This document shows positions 59,293 to 64,000 of a stretch of 64,000 nucleotides of DNA, piece by piece. Under the pieces are notes generated by a model. It was given only the letters and a program-made list of their open reading frames with translations. It was not told the DNA's origin and made no database searches. The position numbers and the translations under genes are program-made. The DNA comes from Prochlorococcus sp. AG-347-G20 (GTDB taxonomy: Bacteria > Cyanobacteriota > Cyanobacteriia > PCC-6307 > Cyanobiaceae), in assembly GCA_003281645.1 (NCBI GenBank), contig QCBJ01000003.1, forward strand, positions 17,796 to 81,795. The letters run 5' to 3'. Within the stretch, counting starts at the first letter, position 1. Each line of letters begins with the position of its first letter.

Positions 59293-60735
59293 TTATTTTT
59301 TTTCTTTTTTATTTTGAGTTTTTGTAGTTTTTGTAGTTTTTGTAGTTTTTGTAGTTTTTGACGCAATTTTTGTGGCTTTTGTAGTTTTTGAGGTTTTTGT
59401 AGCTTTAGAAGTTTTTGTAGTTTTTTCTTTTACTTCAGAATTTTCTTCAAGCCAAATGATTAATTTTTCTTTGAGTAAATCGTTAGTTATTACTTCTGTT
59501 AGTTTTTTAATATCTATTTGTTTTGAAGATTGAGAGATTGCATCTTCATAATCTTTCATTTTTGAATCAATTTCATCTTGCTCAACTTTTATGTTTTCAG
59601 TTTCAGCTAATGCTTTTAAAGCTAAATTTCTTTGAACATTTTTTTCAGCTTGAGGCCTTGTGGACTCTGCTAATGACTTAACTAATTCCGGAGTGAAAGT
59701 AGATTTAACATCAAGACCTTGTTGAGCGAATCTTTGAGCGGTTTGTTCAATATTATTCCTCACTTCTATATCAATCATAGATTTTGGAATTTCAGCAACC
59801 AATTCGTTTGTTAAGGCATCTAATAAAGCTTCAATTTTGATATCTTTTTGAGTTTTTTCAAAATTGTCTTTAAGTTGCTTTTCAATATCTTTCTTTAACT
59901 CTTTTAATGATTCTTTGTTGCCAGACTGTTTTGCAAAATCGTCATTAAGTTCAGGCAATTCTTTTTCCTTAAGATCCTTAAGATTTACTTCAAAAATTGC
60001 TTCTTTGCCTCTTGAATCCTCATGAGAATAATCATCAGGAAATTTAAGGTTAAGTGTTTTAGTATCACCAATTTTCATCTTTACGATTCCCTCAACGAAA
60101 CCGGGAATCATTTTGTTCTTTTCTAACTCAAGATCCATTGATTCACTTGTTCCACCATCAATCTCTTGACCAGAATCTTTATATTTTCCTTTGAAACTAA
60201 CTACAGCAATATCTCCTAATTTTGCTGCTCTATTGGTAACTGGAATAATGTTTGCAAATTGATTTCTAGATTTTTCTAGCGCTTCATCTATTGACTTAGG
60301 ATCAAACTTTGTTTTTGATATTTCAACACTTAGTCCTTTGGATTTTTTAAGTTTTAATTCTGGAGCGACATCAGTTTGAAGAGTAACCTTAAGTGATTTT
60401 TCAGGACTAAACTTTGCAAGCAAAGATTCAAATCCATCTACCAATTCTGGCTCACTTAGTGGCTCTATAGATTTTATTTTTAACGCTTCTTGCCATGATT
60501 TATCAATAATTTTTTCCAGAGCAGAAGCATGTAATTGTGTGATGCCAATTCTTTGGATTAAGACTTGTTTAGGAATCTTACCAAGTCTAAATCCCGGAAT
60601 TTTAGCCGAACGACTGATAGAACTGATTGTTTCATTTACACACGTTTTGCATGTCTCAGATGGTATTTCTAATTCGAATGAAATTCTACTTTGAGGCAGA
60701 GGAGTTGTTTTGACTATTAGTGCATCTTTAGCCAT
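59293..60735 (-). CDS. tig: Trigger factor with a Lys/Thr-rich C-terminal tail
   Basis: IPGFRLGK ribosome-binding motif, FKBP domain, tig-clpP-clpX gene order. Confidence 0.96.
   Translation of the reverse strand: MAKDALIVKTTPLPQSRISFELEIPSETCKTCVNETISSISRSAKIPGFRLGKIPKQVLIQRIGITQLHASALEKIIDKSWQEALKIKSIEPLSEPELVDGFESLLAKFSPEKSLKVTLQTDVAPELKLKKSKGLSVEISKTKFDPKSIDEALEKSRNQFANIIPVTNRAAKLGDIAVVSFKGKYKDSGQEIDGGTSESMDLELEKNKMIPGFVEGIVKMKIGDTKTLNLKFPDDYSHEDSRGKEAIFEVNLKDLKEKELPELNDDFAKQSGNKESLKELKKDIEKQLKDNFEKTQKDIKIEALLDALTNELVAEIPKSMIDIEVRNNIEQTAQRFAQQGLDVKSTFTPELVKSLAESTRPQAEKNVQRNLALKALAETENIKVEQDEIDSKMKDYEDAISQSSKQIDIKKLTEVITNDLLKEKLIIWLEENSEVKEKTTKTSKATKTSKTTKATKIASKTTKTTKTTKTTKTQNKKEKK
59317..59425. 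repeat. 9-bp coding tandem repeat (AGTTTTTGT)n at the 3' end of tig
   Basis: About 4.9 perfect copies at 59317-59360, plus degenerate copies to about 59425; encodes KTT/KTS/KAT units. Confidence 0.92.
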
Positions 60736-60859
60736 GTTTTTCTAAGTTATTACTTTGAACCGAATCTTAATTATTTCACATTATGTGATTTCCTTGAAAG
60801 TTAATTTTTTGATAAAGTAAAAAAAATAGTCAATCTATTTATAAAAATCATTTTAAAGT

Positions 60860-61891
60860 GTGAGACAATCTCCTTATTTGCCTAATAGGCCATTAAAAGT
60901 TGCTGTTTTAGGTTCTTCAGGTGCTGTGGGATCTGAATTGCTAAAAATTCTTGAACAACGTGATTTCCCAATATCAGAATTGGTCTTGCTTTCATCAGAG
61001 CGGTCAGAAGGAAAAAAAATTATTTGGAAAGGTGAAGAACTAGTTACAAAAAAAACATCTAAGGAAGAATTTAAGAATCTTGATCTAGTTTTGGCTTCAG
61101 CTGGCGGAAGTATTTCAAAAAAGTGGTTATCTACCATTATTGATCAAAATGCTTTACTGATAGATAATTCAAGTGCTTTCAGATTAGATAAGAACGTTCC
61201 TCTTATAGTCCCTGAAGTTAATGCTAGTGACGTACTTAATCATGATGGGGTAATAGCCAATCCAAACTGCACTACCATTTTGTTGACATTAGTTTTAGCT
61301 CCATTAAACAAACTTTCTACTATTCAAAGAGTTATTGTCTCAACATATCAATCTGTCAGTGGTGCAGGCCAACTGGCGATGGAGGAACTAAAACTTTTAA
61401 CTGAAAAATATCTTCAAGGAAATCCTCAAAAAAGTGAAGTTTTGCCATACTCCCTTGCTTTTAATTTGTTTTTACATAATTCCCCTATGCTTTCAAATAA
61501 TTACTGCGAAGAAGAGATGAAAATGGTTAATGAGACAAGGAAAATATTAAATATTGCTGATTTAAAGCTCTCTTCTACATGTGTTCGAGTCCCAGTTCTG
61601 AGAGCACATTCTGAATCGATCAATATTGAATTTGCCGATGTAGTTGAGCCTAAAGATGCTCTTGAAGAATTAAAAAAATCTCCTGGAATTGAAATTATTG
61701 AGGATTACAAAAATAATAGATTTCCTATGCCAAATGACGTTATGGGAAGGGATAATGTTGCTGTTGGCAGGCTAAGAACTGATATAAGTCATCCTCATGG
61801 ATTAGAATTATGGTTATGTGGAGATCAAATAAGAAAAGGAGCAGCTCTGAATGCTGTTCAAATAGCTGAGTTATTAATTCCAAAAAAATGA
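60860..61891 (+). CDS. asd: Aspartate-semialdehyde dehydrogenase
   Basis: GSSGAVG, DNSSAFR, ANPNCTT, SVSGAG, RKGAALN. Confidence 0.97.
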   Translation: MRQSPYLPNRPLKVAVLGSSGAVGSELLKILEQRDFPISELVLLSSERSEGKKIIWKGEELVTKKTSKEEFKNLDLVLASAGGSISKKWLSTIIDQNALLIDNSSAFRLDKNVPLIVPEVNASDVLNHDGVIANPNCTTILLTLVLAPLNKLSTIQRVIVSTYQSVSGAGQLAMEELKLLTEKYLQGNPQKSEVLPYSLAFNLFLHNSPMLSNNYCEEEMKMVNETRKILNIADLKLSSTCVRVPVLRAHSESINIEFADVVEPKDALEELKKSPGIEIIEDYKNNRFPMPNDVMGRDNVAVGRLRTDISHPHGLELWLCGDQIRKGAALNAVQIAELLIPKK

Positions 61892-62793
61892 TTACAGACA
61901 AAACTGAGTGTAATAATCCATTATTTGGAAGAATATTGACTGCAATGGTTACTCCATTCACTGAGAATGGAGATGTAGATTATGAACTAGCTATAAAACT
62001 TTCAAATTATCTTTTTGAGAACGGTTCCGATGGAATTGTGTTGTGCGGTACTACTGGAGAATCTCCGACTCTTTCATGGGCGGAGCAGCATGATTTATTT
62101 ATTGCGGTAAAAGGATCTTTGGATGCAAGCTGCAAAGTAATAGTTGGCACTGGTAGCAATTGTACAAGCGAAGCTGTGGAAGCTACAAAAAAAGCTTACG
62201 ACTCTGGTGCCGACGGTGCTTTGGTCGTTGTTCCTTATTACAATAAGCCGCCTCAAGAAGGTCTTTATAAACATTTCAGTTCTATTGCTAAATCTGCAAA
62301 GGATTTGCCTCTTATGCTCTACAACATTCCTGGCAGGACTGGATGCAATTTATTACCTGATACTGTGAAGAAACTTATGGATTTCTCAAATATTCTCAGT
62401 ATTAAAGCTGCAAGCGGTAGAATAGAAGAAGTAACAGAATTAAGAGCTATTTGTGGCTCCGAACTCTCTGTATATAGTGGCGACGATTCATTGTTGCTTC
62501 CAATGTTATCGGTAGGTGCTGTAGGAGTAGTAAGTGTTGCAAGTCATTTAGTTGGATTGCAATTGAAAGAGATGATTCATTCTTTTCAAAGTGGAAATGT
62601 TTCCAATGCTCTTGCTATTCATGAAAAACTTCAGCCTCTTTTCAAAGCACTTTTTATGACTACTAATCCAATCCCAATTAAAGCTGCTTTGGAGCTCTCG
62701 GGATGGGATGTCGGTAATCCTAGAAGTCCTTTGTCACCTTTAAACAATGACATGAAAAAGCAACTATCTTTTATCCTGAATTCCTTATATTAG
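61888..62793 (+). CDS. dapA: 4-hydroxy-tetrahydrodipicolinate synthase
   Basis: [26 protein letters not shown]; ATGA overlap with asd. Confidence 0.97.
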   Translation: MITDKTECNNPLFGRILTAMVTPFTENGDVDYELAIKLSNYLFENGSDGIVLCGTTGESPTLSWAEQHDLFIAVKGSLDASCKVIVGTGSNCTSEAVEATKKAYDSGADGALVVVPYYNKPPQEGLYKHFSSIAKSAKDLPLMLYNIPGRTGCNLLPDTVKKLMDFSNILSIKAASGRIEEVTELRAICGSELSVYSGDDSLLLPMLSVGAVGVVSVASHLVGLQLKEMIHSFQSGNVSNALAIHEKLQPLFKALFMTTNPIPIKAALELSGWDVGNPRSPLSPLNNDMKKQLSFILNSLY

Positions 62794-62870
62794 GGATTAT
62801 ATTTAACTTGATAATTAAATTTAAATAAACCTTATTTGATTACAAGCAGGCCTTCATAAATTTCAAAATT

Positions 62871-64000
62871 ATGCAATCAAGTACAAATTCAACTGTAAAT
62901 AGATCTACTCATGATTCATCTAGATCTAAAAGTAATACTCCAGCTCTACGAGTAATACCTCTTGGAGGATTACATGAAATAGGAAAAAACACTTGCGTTT
63001 TTGAATATGGTGATGAATTAATGCTTGTTGATGCTGGCCTAGCTTTCCCATCTGATGGTATGCATGGCGTAAACGTTGTTATGCCTGATACAACTTTTTT
63101 AAAAGAAAATCAAAGAAGAATAAAAGGAATGATTGTCACTCACGGGCATGAAGATCACATTGGAGGTATTTCTCATCATCTAAAGCATTTTAATATTCCC
63201 ATTATTTATGGCCCAAGACTGGCAATGTCAATGCTTAGAGGAAAAATGGAGGAAGCAGGGGTATCTGATAGAACAACTATACAGACAGTAAATCCAAGAG
63301 ATGTTGTAAAAGTAGGACAACATTTTTCTGTTGAATTTATTCGAAATACCCATTCTATTTGCGATAGCTTTTCTTTAGCAGTTACAACACCTGTTGGCAC
63401 AATTATTTTCACGGGAGATTTTAAGTTTGATCATATGCCAGTAGATGGAGAGCAATTTGATATTGAAAGAATGGTGCATTACGGAGAGAAGGGTGTTTTA
63501 TGCATGTTCAGTGATTCTACTAATGCTGAAGTTCCAGGTTTTTGTCCTTCTGAGAAGACTATCTATCCCTCTTTAGAAAAACATATTGCAGAGGCAAAAG
63601 AACGAGTTATCCTTACTACTTTTGCTAGTTCTGTGCATAGAGTGACCATGATCTTAGAATTGGCCATGAAACATGGAAGAAAGGTCGGTTTGTTAGGTAG
63701 ATCGATGATAAATGTTATTGCTAAGGCAAGAGATATTGGTTATATGAAATGCCCAGATGATTTGTTCGTTCCTATCAAGCAAATTAGAGATTTGCCAGAT
63801 AGGGAGACCTTATTATTGATGACGGGTAGTCAAGGAGAACCCCTAGCAGCGTTAAGCAGAATCTCTCGTGGTGAACATCAGCATGTTCGTCTCAAGACTA
63901 CTGATACTGTAATATTTTCAGCCAGCCCAATTCCTGGTAATACTATTTCTGTTGTTAATACAATAGATAGATTAATGAAACTCGGAGCAAAGGTTGTTTA
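62871..64000 (+). CDS. rnj: Ribonuclease J (runs off window; not in ORF track)
   Basis: Manual translation from ATG 62871: ...LRVIPLGGLHEIGKN...DAGLAFP...THGHEDHIGG...HSI...TGDFKFD...GSQGEP. Confidence 0.95.
   Translation, partial: MQSSTNSTVNRSTHDSSRSKSNTPALRVIPLGGLHEIGKNTCVFEYGDELMLVDAGLAFPSDGMHGVNVVMPDTTFLKENQRRIKGMIVTHGHEDHIGGISHHLKHFNIPIIYGPRLAMSMLRGKMEEAGVSDRTTIQTVNPRDVVKVGQHFSVEFIRNTHSICDSFSLAVTTPVGTIIFTGDFKFDHMPVDGEQFDIERMVHYGEKGVLCMFSDSTNAEVPGFCPSEKTIYPSLEKHIAEAKERVILTTFASSVHRVTMILELAMKHGRKVGLLGRSMINVIAKARDIGYMKCPDDLFVPIKQIRDLPDRETLLLMTGSQGEPLAALSRISRGEHQHVRLKTTDTVIFSASPIPGNTISVVNTIDRLMKLGAKVV

Noticed and set aside
59317-59425. Repeat array as a CRISPR or iteron array
   Set aside because: The 9-bp units have no spacers, lie in frame within tig, and no cas or rep genes are nearby

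Overview
This is an AT-rich, gene-dense stretch of core chromosome from a marine picocyanobacterium, most consistent with a high-light Prochlorococcus marinus (inferred from protein sequences, low GC and gene order). It runs from the 5' end of mraY through argG, rpsF, aroE, dnaK, purU, acnB, a DAHP synthase, a group 2 sigma factor, ppk1, cobA, pabC/pabB, queC/queE, pyrG, aspS, gcvT, speB/speE, mazG, tRNA-Val(TAC), valS, an ATP-dependent DNA ligase, a SprT-family protease, mnmG, dnaB, rplI, desC, gcvH/gcvP, sqdX/sqdB, thiG, rplT/rpmI, an mgdA-like glycosyltransferase, dnaX, clpX/clpP/tig, asd and dapA, ending inside RNase J. I found no integrase, transposase, prophage, CRISPR array or defence island, and I cannot claim a clearly new multi-gene system. 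The best leads are: (1) a stand-alone, T4-phage-like ATP-dependent DNA ligase among core genes, next to a SprT protease; (2) an unannotated XRE/Cro-like HTH gene divergent from desC, with three inverted repeats in the 75-bp shared promoter region; (3) an S6:S18-type leader hairpin before rpsF; (4) a probable CTG start for the chorismate lyase gene; (5) a 9-bp tandem repeat giving trigger factor a basic Lys/Thr tail; and (6) a homopolymer frameshift in a PLP-enzyme gene. All calls are by eye and from memory of the families; no database searches were run.
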